Part shown: positions 19,443-29,004 of the stretch, in pieces
Layout of the letters: each line of letters starts with the position of its first letter
How positions within the stretch are numbered: the first letter of the stretch is position 1
DNA from: an uncultured cyanobacterium
GTDB lineage: Bacteria > Cyanobacteriota > Cyanobacteriia > Pseudanabaenales > Pseudanabaenaceae
Assembly: GCA_963703315.1 (NCBI GenBank)
Contig: OY969811.1
Location: forward strand, 2,784,001 to 2,848,000
Reading direction: 5' to 3'
DNA length: 64,000 nucleotides
Notes under the pieces: model-generated
Told to the model about the DNA's origin: nothing
The model's input: only the letters and a program-made list of their open reading frames with translations
The model's database searches: none
Program-made: the position numbers and the translations under genes

Positions 19443-21995
19443 ATGATTGCCCATAAAAATCCATTTCTCAAACCTCCAATTGTCAACTCAAAAGATATTT
19501 GGAGTGATCAGATCTCTGACTTTGAGGAAATTCATGCAGATGCTTCTCAAAAAATATTTGACGCTTTACAACAAGTCAAGGGGACTTTTTCAATTGCTGT
19601 TGTCGGCAATGTCGGCTCAGGAAAAACCCAGCTTTTTTCTAGGGTTCGTCATAAACTTTCTAGCAATACGGAAGCTTTTTGTGTCTATATAAATGCCGAT
19701 CAGATTGCCTCACTAGATTTTGTCTCTGTTGCATTTCAGCAATTCTTAGTTGATAGCCTTTTTCACACTGGAAAATCTGGAGTCACCTATTTACAAGAAA
19801 TTGCTACTAATCTGGTAAATCAGGCATTAGAAGGGATTAAATCAACCAAACGATTTTCTACTCATGAATTACTAGATCAGTTCAATCAACTTGCAACTAA
19901 TAAATCGTTGGTTGATAAAATTACTGGACAAGTTCAACAACTAAAGCCCTATCTATCAGATAGTTCAGAGGTGATTCGGGCTTTGCTTTGGACTTTATCA
20001 GCATCTAGCAAGCCTATTCTAGATGAATCAGATTTTTTGTCAGATTCTCCCACATCATCAAAGTCAACTAACTACTATCTTGCACCTAGTGCTACAGATT
20101 GGCTTAAAGGTATTGAAATTAATGCAGATGATGCTCAAATCATGAAACTATCTAATAAAAGTTTCAAGGATGAAGAGAAAGAATCAGAAGCGCTAAGACG
20201 TGCAATGCAGCTATTGCGTATAGCATCTGAGTACAAATCAGTAGTTATTTGTTTTGATGAATTAGATGCAATCAAACATAATAAACACGCAACTGGAACG
20301 GCAGAAGTAATTTCAGACTTGATCAAGACATTGCATAATGGGTTAGATAAAGTTGAATGTAGAAACTCGATTTTAATATTGTCTCTTTGGGTCAATGATA
20401 CATTTAGAAAGTCGGACTTTCTAACTACTTTTGGCTTAATAGAAAGAGTTTGTTCACTAGCTGATTTAAATAAAGAGCCAATTTCGCTAGATAAAAATCT
20501 TCTCACTGAAGACACTGGACTCAGATTAGTTGATTTTTGGCTTGATAAGTTGAATGCGAAAAACGCAGAAAATTCTTATCAACCATTGGGCGGTGAAGAA
20601 AAGATTAGACATTTTTGTAAAAATCGTCCTAATCCCAGACAACTATGGCGCTGGTGTGCTGAAAACTGGATGGAACAACCAGAGCCAGTTGGCGGAAAAG
20701 TCACTCCTCCACCTCCACCTCCTGTTGATCTTGATTTGATTTATCAAAGTCTGATAGATGATGAGTACTCTCAACTCATAGAAGATGATGATTTAGTAGT
20801 TAAGTCTTTGATTTTTGGCTTCAACAAGGCAATTACACAAACAGTTGAGAAAGTCTTAATCAAAAAAATCACAACACAACCCAAAACTGCTAGATTTCAA
20901 TTCAAAATCGAAGGCATTGAAGATGGAAAACCTGTCTCAATTGGTGTTGGTGTTTGTCAGTCTGCAAAGGCTGCAACAGTTGGTGCAATGTTGCTAAGGC
21001 TTTTGGACTATCAAAGATACAAATTAACTCGCGGCTGTCTAGTACGCTCCAAAAACAAGAGAATCAGCCCAAGAACTCAAGCTTTTGAAAATCTAACTAA
21101 ACTCATAAGCGCACCTTTTAACGGCGAATTTGTACCTCTCAAATATGCCGAAGTTGTTGAAGTTTATGCTTTGTTTTTGCTATCACAACATCCTGAAGTA
21201 GCAACACTAAATCCTGATGAAGTTGATAAATTTATTATTGAGAAAGCCATTAATAATGGATTAATCAAAGAAATCCTCAGCGATCCATCTGGTGAAATCC
21301 CTGCTGCTGCAATCTCGCAACCCACATCATTTAGCGATACTGGAAATACAGCTAAAAGCAATGATACAGGCTTATCTGATGATGACTTTAAGGTTACTGA
21401 TGACGATGACAAAGAAGATGAACTAGAGAAGTTAATTAGTGATTTGCTATCAGAGCAGTACTCAGAGCCTTTAATTGTCATATCTCATAACAGGGATGAA
21501 GATACAGGCTCTCTGTATGGTCTATTTGTAGATATCAATCGCAATTTTTTCTTCGATTATCAAATCACTGATTCGGGCGTTGCTTACCAACCTTGTGAAT
21601 TTATCAGAGAATTATCAAAGGGGAAACTAAAAATCCTGTCCGCACTTAATACTGATGAGATGGTTGCATTAATGCGGCTTCTCAGAATATCTAAGGCGAT
21701 CGGTGGATCAGTCACAATCCTTGACGATAAAGATTTTGAAGACCAAGAAGCAGCTTTAGAAATTTATGGTTTCTATCCTCCAGATTTAGATGCTAACCCA
21801 GCAATTTATTACAGACACGAACAGCTAGGTGTATCCATTGGCGCTCAACTATTTTGGGGTGATGACGATACCGAGAGCCTGTCTTTTGGCTTTGTGAATG
21901 ATATTCAAACAGAAGATTTTTCTGTATTTGATAGCTTTGATGAAGCTCTAGACTTTGGCATCATGCGCCTAAACTACTACATCGAAGAGTCATAA
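19443..21995 (+). CDS. Large P-loop (AAA-like) ATPase with C-terminal domains and acidic tail
   Basis: Walker A GNVGSGKT, Walker B VVICFDELD, NPRQL sensor-like motif, poly-Pro linker, very acidic C-terminal region. Confidence 0.8.
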   Translation: MIAHKNPFLKPPIVNSKDIWSDQISDFEEIHADASQKIFDALQQVKGTFSIAVVGNVGSGKTQLFSRVRHKLSSNTEAFCVYINADQIASLDFVSVAFQQFLVDSLFHTGKSGVTYLQEIATNLVNQALEGIKSTKRFSTHELLDQFNQLATNKSLVDKITGQVQQLKPYLSDSSEVIRALLWTLSASSKPILDESDFLSDSPTSSKSTNYYLAPSATDWLKGIEINADDAQIMKLSNKSFKDEEKESEALRRAMQLLRIASEYKSVVICFDELDAIKHNKHATGTAEVISDLIKTLHNGLDKVECRNSILILSLWVNDTFRKSDFLTTFGLIERVCSLADLNKEPISLDKNLLTEDTGLRLVDFWLDKLNAKNAENSYQPLGGEEKIRHFCKNRPNPRQLWRWCAENWMEQPEPVGGKVTPPPPPPVDLDLIYQSLIDDEYSQLIEDDDLVVKSLIFGFNKAITQTVEKVLIKKITTQPKTARFQFKIEGIEDGKPVSIGVGVCQSAKAATVGAMLLRLLDYQRYKLTRGCLVRSKNKRISPRTQAFENLTKLISAPFNGEFVPLKYAEVVEVYALFLLSQHPEVATLNPDEVDKFIIEKAINNGLIKEILSDPSGEIPAAAISQPTSFSDTGNTAKSNDTGLSDDDFKVTDDDDKEDELEKLISDLLSEQYSEPLIVISHNRDEDTGSLYGLFVDINRNFFFDYQITDSGVAYQPCEFIRELSKGKLKILSALNTDEMVALMRLLRISKAIGGSVTILDDKDFEDQEAALEIYGFYPPDLDANPAIYYRHEQLGVSIGAQLFWGDDDTESLSFGFVNDIQTEDFSVFDSFDEALDFGIMRLNYYIEES

Positions 21996-22004
21996 AACCA
22001 AACA

Positions 22005-23375
22005 ATGCGCCTCGAATTATCTTTAACAGTCGATCCAACAGACTACAAAAAACTAACAACGGGAGAGAATATCGCTATTCTCTTCCGTCCTTTTCCCGTT
22101 GGCAGAAAATTCGCATTAGCGCCACTAATAAACAGTGACAATAGTGAAAAAATTGAATTTCTTACCAATACCTATGTAGAAATTGTAGACAAAGAAGTTA
22201 TTAGTCAAGACAAAATCAATAATGACTTGGCTAAAATACTAAGCATAACTTTAGAAGATCTGCAAACAAAGCTAAATAATGCCGATAACTTGCTACTAAT
22301 GTACTTTCGAGTTTATTGCTTTGAACCACAGATCAAAGTTTTCACCAGTAATCAAATCGGCTTTATCCCATTACCACAAGTAACAGAAATCAAGAACCCC
22401 GTCCCATTATTTAGCGATCATCTATTCCAAAAACGAAAACAAGAAATTAAATCGCGCCAGCCATCCAAACATTCAAAACTAGAAAACTTACAAATATCTC
22501 TTAATCAACTATCAATTACAAATCCATTAGCCCAAGTCCTGAATCAACAAATTCAAACTTTTTTAGGCTATACGGATAACACACCCACAAGAATAAATAA
22601 TCAAAATTTATCTTGGATTAGCACTATTTCAACTTTAGGCGATCGCAGTATTGAAACAGATACAGGTAAGAACAACTGGCAAGCAGGGACAGATTTTGAA
22701 AATATTGCAAAGCAAGGCTTAGAATTTCTAGGCTTTACAATTGATGAATCCCATAAAGGTGGAGCGGGAGGCTTAGATTTATTCTGTTCAAAACCTTATC
22801 CACTAACAGGAGAATGTAAAGCAGGAAAAAGCGTTCCCAGTCGCACAACCGAAGAATTGCTTAAGCTTGGAGGTATGAGATTAGGAATAGATAAATTTTT
22901 AGAATCTAAAAAACTAATTATTGGTGCTGGCAAAATCAATAACGATGTAATTACAGCCTCTCACGAATGGAAAGTTAGTATTATTAAAGCTATGACATTA
23001 CAAAAACTCGTTGAACTCAAAGCCAAATATGATGGCGCTATCAATCTATTTGAACTCAAGGAACATTTGCAAGCAGGACAAATTGATGACAAAATTCATG
23101 AGTATATCCAAAAGGTTGAAAGTGAGATCAAACTGCGATCATACATTGTTAAAACTGTTAAAGAACTGCAAGATACAGACTCTGAATATCCTAGTCCAAT
23201 TGAAATTCGGACTCATTACAACGCTAAAAAACAAGGTTCCAATCTTAGTCTTGATTCCACTAAAGAAATACTAATCGAGCTTTCTTCACCATTGGCGGGA
23301 TATTTGGGAAGAGTTAAGGGTGATGGAGGAAAAGGCGATCGCTTTTATTACTTACGAGATTTACCAATTGAATAG
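22005..23375 (+). CDS. DUF1802/PUA-like N-domain + Mrr-like PD-(D/E)xK endonuclease + C-terminal wHTH
   Basis: GTDFE...GGAGGLDL...GECKAG nuclease motif. N-terminal RKFALAP...YFRVY...GFIPLP is DUF1802-like. C-terminal LIELSSPLAGYLGR...RFYYLRDL. Confidence 0.72.
   Translation: MRLELSLTVDPTDYKKLTTGENIAILFRPFPVGRKFALAPLINSDNSEKIEFLTNTYVEIVDKEVISQDKINNDLAKILSITLEDLQTKLNNADNLLLMYFRVYCFEPQIKVFTSNQIGFIPLPQVTEIKNPVPLFSDHLFQKRKQEIKSRQPSKHSKLENLQISLNQLSITNPLAQVLNQQIQTFLGYTDNTPTRINNQNLSWISTISTLGDRSIETDTGKNNWQAGTDFENIAKQGLEFLGFTIDESHKGGAGGLDLFCSKPYPLTGECKAGKSVPSRTTEELLKLGGMRLGIDKFLESKKLIIGAGKINNDVITASHEWKVSIIKAMTLQKLVELKAKYDGAINLFELKEHLQAGQIDDKIHEYIQKVESEIKLRSYIVKTVKELQDTDSEYPSPIEIRTHYNAKKQGSNLSLDSTKEILIELSSPLAGYLGRVKGDGGKGDRFYYLRDLPIE
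23294..23363 (+). repeat. Direct repeat R1 (the 3' end of the nuclease gene, contains HIP1)
   Basis: ggcgggatatttgggaagagttaagggtgatggaggaaaaggcgatcgcttttattacttacgagattta. Confidence 0.9.
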
Positions 23376-23392
23376 ATAACTAAGAAAATATT

Positions 23393-23683
23393 ATGGAACT
23401 ACAACAAGCCCTAACAATTCTAGAAAACCATCGTCATCAAATCAAAACCTTAAATGTAAAATCGCTATCTATTTTCGGATCAGTCGCTAGAAACGAAGCT
23501 ACAGAAAACAGTGATATTGACTTTGTAGTAGAGTTTGAAGGAACTACAACCTTTGACAAATATATGGACTTAAAAATTTTTCTAGAAGACACATTACAAA
23601 CAAAAGTCGATCTCGCCACATGGCGATCGCTAAAACCTCAAATTAAAACTAACATAAATAAGGAAGCCATCCGTGTCGCGTAG
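23393..23683 (+). CDS. Minimal nucleotidyltransferase (MNT) antitoxin
   Basis: IFGSVARNEA..SDIDFVVEF. Confidence 0.92.
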   Translation: MELQQALTILENHRHQIKTLNVKSLSIFGSVARNEATENSDIDFVVEFEGTTTFDKYMDLKIFLEDTLQTKVDLATWRSLKPQIKTNINKEAIRVA

Positions 23684-24020
23684 CTTAAAACTCTATCTAG
23701 AAGACATCTTAAAGAGCGGTAACAAAGTACTAGATTTTACCGTAAACATGACCATCGAAGAACTTGTAAGAGATGAGCGCACATTTGACGCGGTTGCTCA
23801 TAACTTACAAATCATCGGAGAAGCTACAAAAAACATACCTGAAGAAATACGCTCTCAATATCCTCAAGTTGAATGGAGAAAAATCGCAGGACTACGGGAT
23901 ATTATTGCTCATGCATATTTCAGTATTGACGAAGAAATTATCTGGGATATTATCCAAAACAAACTTTCAATTTTATTAGAGCAAATCCAAAACATTCTTC
24001 TCAATTATGTAGAGGAGTAA
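23673..24020 (+). CDS. HEPN/DUF86 RNase toxin
   Basis: LQIIGEATK, WRKIAGLRDIIAHAYF (Rx4H). GTG start overlaps the MNT gene. Confidence 0.92.
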   Translation: MSRSLKLYLEDILKSGNKVLDFTVNMTIEELVRDERTFDAVAHNLQIIGEATKNIPEEIRSQYPQVEWRKIAGLRDIIAHAYFSIDEEIIWDIIQNKLSILLEQIQNILLNYVEE

Positions 24021-24067
24021 AAATAGCGGACAAAGTGATCGAGATTCATACTTCCAGACGAGCCTAA

Positions 24068-24132
24068 GATATTTGGGCAGAGTTAAGGGTGATGGAAGAA
24101 AAGGCGATCGCTTTTACTCCCTGCGAGACTTA
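24068..24132 (+). repeat. Direct repeat R2
   Basis: gatatttgggcagagttaagggtgatggaagaaaaggcgatcgcttttactccctgcgagactta. Confidence 0.9.
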
Positions 24133-24217
24133 TTGCTACGATAAATAAGTGACATTTACCAAAAATGTTAAAATCATCTACGCTAGTCTACTAAAACAGA
24201 CCAACTGGAGTAACACT

Positions 24218-24445
24218 ATGCTTTTGCAAGAACTTAAGAATCAGGTGCGTAAATTACCTGTAAGCGATCGCCTAGAACTTGTGCGCTCTATCATCGATTC
24301 GATCCAAGAAATTCCAATTTCAAAACCTACGCGAACCCAAGCAATCAGCCGCATGAAAGGTTTACTCAAAACTAGTCAGCCATCCCCGACCGATGCTGAA
24401 GTCGGATCAATGTTAGAACAGCATCGCATGGAGAAATACCTCTAA
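24218..24445 (+). CDS. Putative antitoxin
   Basis: GGAG RBS. LPVSDRLELV and ...EKYL motifs. TAATG coupling to the PIN gene. Confidence 0.75.
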   Translation: MLLQELKNQVRKLPVSDRLELVRSIIDSIQEIPISKPTRTQAISRMKGLLKTSQPSPTDAEVGSMLEQHRMEKYL

Positions 24446-24855
24446 TGAAAGTTCTTGTTGACACAAATGTTCTACTTGATTTTTTGTTAGAAAGAGAACC
24501 TTTTAAAAAGGATGCAGAAGAACTGTTTGCAGCGATCGACTCTGGACAAATCATTGGCTATATAACCGCTACAACCCTGACCGATATTTTCTACATTGCG
24601 CGTAAACATACTCGCAGCCTAGAACTCGCAAGAGAAGCAGTTTCCAGCACCTTAGAAACCATGACTATTTGTCCAATCAATCGAAATGTCTTAGAGGCAG
24701 TATTTACATCTGGCTTAACAGATTTTGAAGATGCTGTCCAGATTTATGGTGCGATCGCTCAAAATTTAGATGCAATAGTAACCCGTGATGCTAAAGGATT
24801 TGTAAGTTCAACTATCCCTGTATACTCTGTTCAAGAATTACTAAAGAGATTGTGA
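24445..24855 (+). CDS. PIN-domain toxin
   Basis: VLVDTNVLLD, DFEDAVQ, IVTRD. Confidence 0.92.
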   Translation: MKVLVDTNVLLDFLLEREPFKKDAEELFAAIDSGQIIGYITATTLTDIFYIARKHTRSLELAREAVSSTLETMTICPINRNVLEAVFTSGLTDFEDAVQIYGAIAQNLDAIVTRDAKGFVSSTIPVYSVQELLKRL

Positions 24856-24864
24856 AATGCTAAA

Positions 24865-24913
24865 GGCGGGATATTTAGGAAGAGTTAAGGGTGATGGAAG
24901 AAAAGGCGATCGC
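24865..24913 (+). repeat. Direct repeat R3
   Basis: ggcgggatatttaggaagagttaagggtgatggaagaaaaggcgatcgc, ending exactly at HIP1. Confidence 0.9.
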
Positions 24914-25047
24914 AGGTTATGGGGAGATGGATAGGCGATCGCTATTTAATTTATTTTTGAGAGAGGCGATCGCTCAGGTTGCTAAGTATTGATTCTCCCG
25001 TAAGCAGAAATTGTGTCATAGTTTTTTAATACTTTAGGTAAGCAGCT

Positions 25048-25929
25048 ATGAGTGGGAGAGTCTTAGGGACAACCAAAATTTTAGGGGTGATGGGTTTTCC
25101 TGTGAGTCACAGCCTTTCACCTGTAATGCATAATGCCGCGATCGCCGCGATGGGTCTGGACTATGTGTATGTGCCATTTCCGATCCCCATTGACGATTTA
25201 CCTGCGGCGATCGCGGGGTTAAAGGCAATTCAATCAGTACAGGGCTTTAATCTGACAATTCCCCATAAAGTTGAAGTGATCCCCTTACTTGATGAGATTT
25301 TACCAATCGCTCAATCTGTTGGTGCAGTCAATACCGTCAAGCGTATTGGCGATCGCTGGGTTGGCACAAATACTGACGTGGCAGGTTTCCTAGCTCCACT
25401 CAAGCAACTTAACTGTGACTGGACACAACTGCCAGCCGTAATCCTTGGTAGTGGTGGTGCAGCAAAGGCAGTTGTTGCCGCCTGTTTAGAGCTTGGTTGC
25501 CCTGTCATCCATGTAGTAGGACGCGATCCCAAAAAACTCAAAAAATTTCACGGCACAATGACTAGTCAACTCCGCGATTACAATCTGCGCGTCCATCCTT
25601 GGGCTTCATTACCGCATTTGCTCGAAGTCGCAGGCATTGTCATCAACGCGACACCGATCGGCATGGCTAGTGATCCGCATACGCCTATTTCCGAGACAGA
25701 GATAGCTATGCTCTCTGAGCAAGCGATCGCCTATGATTTGATTTACACTCCTCGCCCCACTAAGTTTTTACAAATCGCTACGGCAAGAGGACTTAAAGCG
25801 ATCGATGGGTTGGAAATGCTAATTAATCAAGGGGCGATCGCCCTTGAATGGTGGCTGGATCAACCAGTTCCGACTGAAATTATGCGACAAGCTCTATTGG
25901 AACATCTTACTTACGAAAGTTTGCATTAG
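25048..25929 (+). CDS. aroE: Shikimate dehydrogenase
   Basis: HSLSPVMHN, GFNLTIPHK, GAVNT, NTD, GSGGAA, DLIYTP, GLEMLINQG. Confidence 0.97.
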   Translation: MSGRVLGTTKILGVMGFPVSHSLSPVMHNAAIAAMGLDYVYVPFPIPIDDLPAAIAGLKAIQSVQGFNLTIPHKVEVIPLLDEILPIAQSVGAVNTVKRIGDRWVGTNTDVAGFLAPLKQLNCDWTQLPAVILGSGGAAKAVVAACLELGCPVIHVVGRDPKKLKKFHGTMTSQLRDYNLRVHPWASLPHLLEVAGIVINATPIGMASDPHTPISETEIAMLSEQAIAYDLIYTPRPTKFLQIATARGLKAIDGLEMLINQGAIALEWWLDQPVPTEIMRQALLEHLTYESLH

Positions 25930-25992
25930 CGCCACATTATTAAGGATGAGTGTTTTTCAATCACTCATCCTTAAACGGTTAGACATTGCATA

Positions 25993-26862
25993 CTATGCAG
26001 TTACTTCACTCTTACGACGGTTTCTCTTGGCAATAGACCATGCCGACCATGCTCCAAATACAACAGGAGCAAGGAATCCCGCAGGTACTGGAACTGGAAC
26101 TGGTTGAACTTGTCCTTCTCTTACTTGAAAAGTATAACGCCCAAGAACATTACTGTTGAGGCTGTTACGAATCAATGCAGTTGACAGAGGTCCATTATCC
26201 AAGAAAGCACCATTTGAGAAGGAACCAAGCAATTGGAAGAAACTGCCAGATACACCAGTACCATTAGAGTAGCCTACAGCAGCAGATGTACCACCTAAGC
26301 CATTTGTACCATTGCTTGCGTCACCAGTTTCCCATTGAATTTGATCATAGTTAAACTCAATGTCAAAGTTATTGGTTCCAGTATCAGCGCGATTAATCAA
26401 CAACAACTGAAAACTATTCAGCAAATCAGCTCTAGTGTTATAGTAACCAACATTTCTGTAGCTAACACCAAAGGCATTGCGACCATCCACTGTCCCATTT
26501 CCATACCTAGTTAGTCCACTCGCAGGATTTCGAGTATCTACGTCAGCAAAGAATGCAGCAATGATAGGTATACTTGTAGAACCATTCAGAGCAAAAGGGG
26601 TGTATTCAAATTGTGCTGAATTAAAAGTTATATTTCCATTGTTGTTAACAAATGTATTGGAATAGTTAGTACCAAAAAAGTTAACATCGAAACCAATGGG
26701 GACAGCACCTGTAGAATCATCATCATTTGCAGATAATACATTGCTATCAAATCCTGTTCTAATAGCAGCAGCACTAGCAGATGTTGCCATGCTTACACTA
26801 AATGCCAAAGTACAAAGACCGCCAACAACAGCTTTTTGTATATTAGTTAGTACTTGTGCCAT
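25993..26862 (-). CDS. Secreted nidogen (NIDO)-domain protein with PEP-CTERM-like anchor
   Basis: Signal peptide, NDDDST..IGF..NFFG, IAAFFADVD, NSFQLLL. C-terminus is VPVPVPA + hydrophobic helix + KRNRRK. Confidence 0.8.
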   Translation of the reverse strand: MAQVLTNIQKAVVGGLCTLAFSVSMATSASAAAIRTGFDSNVLSANDDDSTGAVPIGFDVNFFGTNYSNTFVNNNGNITFNSAQFEYTPFALNGSTSIPIIAAFFADVDTRNPASGLTRYGNGTVDGRNAFGVSYRNVGYYNTRADLLNSFQLLLINRADTGTNNFDIEFNYDQIQWETGDASNGTNGLGGTSAAVGYSNGTGVSGSFFQLLGSFSNGAFLDNGPLSTALIRNSLNSNVLGRYTFQVREGQVQPVPVPVPAGFLAPVVFGAWSAWSIAKRNRRKSEVTA

Positions 26863-27326
26863 AAATCTGTTCCTCAAACTTGAAGTTAATGAAATAGAAC
26901 TCACCTAAATTACGAGAGCAATTAAACTAAGTTATTACACACCAAGCTTTTTGTTACTACTTCAGCAACGAAATTAAATAGATTAACTTAAGTTAATTAC
27001 CAAAATAGATATTTCGAGATGCATAAGTAAATAAATTTTTGATTACTACTTATTGAATAAATTGTAATTTGATACATCGTAATTAATGAAAATATACTCT
27101 TTTTCGATAAAATTTAGCAAGTAACTTTTAGTTATATCTTTAGTCATATATTTCAACTAATTTTAGTTACTTTAGTTATATTTAGTTACTTTTGGTTATA
27201 TATCAAACACATGATCATAAGAAAAAAACCAAATATTTTTCAGGGGAAATTATATTTATTCGTTTAAGCTCAGAAGTATTTTTGCAGATAATCCTCAACT
27301 ATTCAGGATTATCTGCTTTTTGGTAT

Positions 27327-27393
27327 TAAGTACATCTACACAATTAAAAAGCTGTGGTACACGCTGCAAGTGCGCCACAGCTTTTTAATGTAG
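27327..27393. repeat. Degenerate copy of the MITE-like hairpin family
   Basis: taagta...aattaaaaagctgtggtacacgctgcaagtgcgccacagctttttaat. Confidence 0.6.
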
Positions 27394-27434
27394 TTTTATT
27401 AAGAATTAAAAAATCTCAATTTGTAATTTGTAAT

Positions 27435-28667
27435 TTAAATGACAAGTACTTCTTCTAACTCAGATATTTGCTCTGGTTCCCAATAACTAAGAATGATTGC
27501 ATTGGTACTATTCCCAATAATGTTCACTACGGTTTTGAAACCATCGGTAAGTCGATCTATACCTGCAACTAGGGCGATCGCCTCTAGGGGTAATCCTGAT
27601 GCTGACAGTACTGTTGCCATCGTGATTAATGCTGCCCCTGGGACACCGGGAGTACTAAAGGAAACTAGTAAACTACTCACCGCGATCGCTGCTAAGAGCG
27701 AAGGTGTTAAGGGAACTTGATAAATTTGGGTAACAAATAGAGCATTAAACCCTTGCAAAATTGCGGCTCCATCACGCTTGAGCGCCGTACCTAAGGGAAT
27801 AGCAAAGCTGGCGATTTCCTCCCGCAAGCCATAGTTTTCTTGAATATTTTGTAAGACTACTGGTAAAGCTGCATTAGAACTAGCTGTACCAAAAGCTAGG
27901 GCGATCGCCTCAGACAGACTGCGAAGCAACTTGACAGGATCGGCTTTGAGCAGCAGCAGCATCAGGATATCTAAGCAAATCATAATTGATGAGGAAATCA
28001 CTAGACCTAAAACATAAAGAAATAACTTGGCAACTAGTTCTAATCCTTGGGTAGCGATCGTGGAACTCATCAAGGCAAATACCCCTAAAGGTGCAGCATA
28101 TAGAATTATGGATAAAGTTTTTTCGCTAATGTGATAAATGCTTTCAATGAATTCTACAAATGGCTTTGCTTTCTCTTTGGCGAGTTGGACTCCAATGCCC
28201 AATAAAATTGCTGAAAAGATAATTTGTAATAAATTGCCAGTACTCAGAGCTTCTAACGGATTGACAGGAATTAGGCTCACTAGCCAAGTTATTAGAGAAG
28301 GAGATTCGGTAATGACGATAGTTTCGGAGATTGAGAAACCAGATAATCCGCTACCAGGTTGTAAGAAATAAGCTGTCCCCATGCCAACACAGAGAGCGAT
28401 CGAGCTAGTAATCAAGTAACTAATCATTAATTTGACTGTATATCTTCCTACTTGCCCCGCGCCTTGAATTCTCGTCAAGCCCATAATTAAGGAGGAGAAG
28501 ACAATGGGAACTACCACAAACTGAATTAACCTTAAAAAAGATTCTCCAATGGGAGCCAAAATATTGTAATTAATTAGTCCAATATATTCAGGAAAAGTTG
28601 TATTAAGTAGAGTCCCAAAGACAACGCCAACTCCAAGGGAAAGTAGGATAAATGTAGATAGATTCAT
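27435..28667 (-). CDS. Dicarboxylate/amino acid:cation symporter (DAACS)
   Basis: LIPVNP, AFGTASSNAALP, PLGTALKRDG, PGVPG, GIDRLTD; multi-TM. Confidence 0.93.
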   Translation of the reverse strand: MNLSTFILLSLGVGVVFGTLLNTTFPEYIGLINYNILAPIGESFLRLIQFVVVPIVFSSLIMGLTRIQGAGQVGRYTVKLMISYLITSSIALCVGMGTAYFLQPGSGLSGFSISETIVITESPSLITWLVSLIPVNPLEALSTGNLLQIIFSAILLGIGVQLAKEKAKPFVEFIESIYHISEKTLSIILYAAPLGVFALMSSTIATQGLELVAKLFLYVLGLVISSSIMICLDILMLLLLKADPVKLLRSLSEAIALAFGTASSNAALPVVLQNIQENYGLREEIASFAIPLGTALKRDGAAILQGFNALFVTQIYQVPLTPSLLAAIAVSSLLVSFSTPGVPGAALITMATVLSASGLPLEAIALVAGIDRLTDGFKTVVNIIGNSTNAIILSYWEPEQISELEEVLVI

Positions 28668-28725
28668 AGTTCAATTTGCTAACGTGAAAATCACCATAGG
28701 AATTCTTGATACTAGCGGCTTTAGG

Positions 28726-28829
28726 TAAGTAGCTGGGCATAATTAAAAACCAGAACCAAAACCTGTGGCGCACGCGCAGCGTGCGCCACAGGTTTTGGGG
28801 TTTTATATTTAATTGCGCCCAGCTACTTA
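28726..28829 (+). mobile_element. MITE-like element of about 105 bp
   Basis: Ends are taagtagctgggc and gcccagctactta. Central hairpin ccaaaacctgtggcgcacgc-gca-gcgtgcgccacaggttttgg. Confidence 0.78.
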
Positions 28830-29004
28830 AGTAACGATCGCATTTCAAGTTAACCTAGTACGATCCATAGGAAAGTCCAAAATGAACTGCGATCGCAAAG
28901 ATACCTTTCAAAATAATTAAGTCTAGAGAGTTATCCCGAATCTTGTAACAAATTGTTAAAATAGTCTGTACACTAAGTCTACAAAAAAGTCTACGAAAAT
29001 CCTT

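Noticed and set aside
18784..23375. Assignment of the three-gene operon to BREX, DISARM or Dnd
   Set aside because: No PglX/PglZ, DrmA/B helicases, methyltransferase or Dnd genes are nearby. Only a generic P-loop ATPase is shared.
23294..24913. Three direct repeats considered as a CRISPR array
   Set aside because: The spacers are about 700 bp and contain whole genes, the repeat is a coding-sequence end, and no cas genes are present.
28603..28848. 81-aa minus-strand ORF (similarly 45569-45832, 57541-57729, 34770-35222)
   Set aside because: These are translations of palindromic repeats or antisense shadows of real genes.
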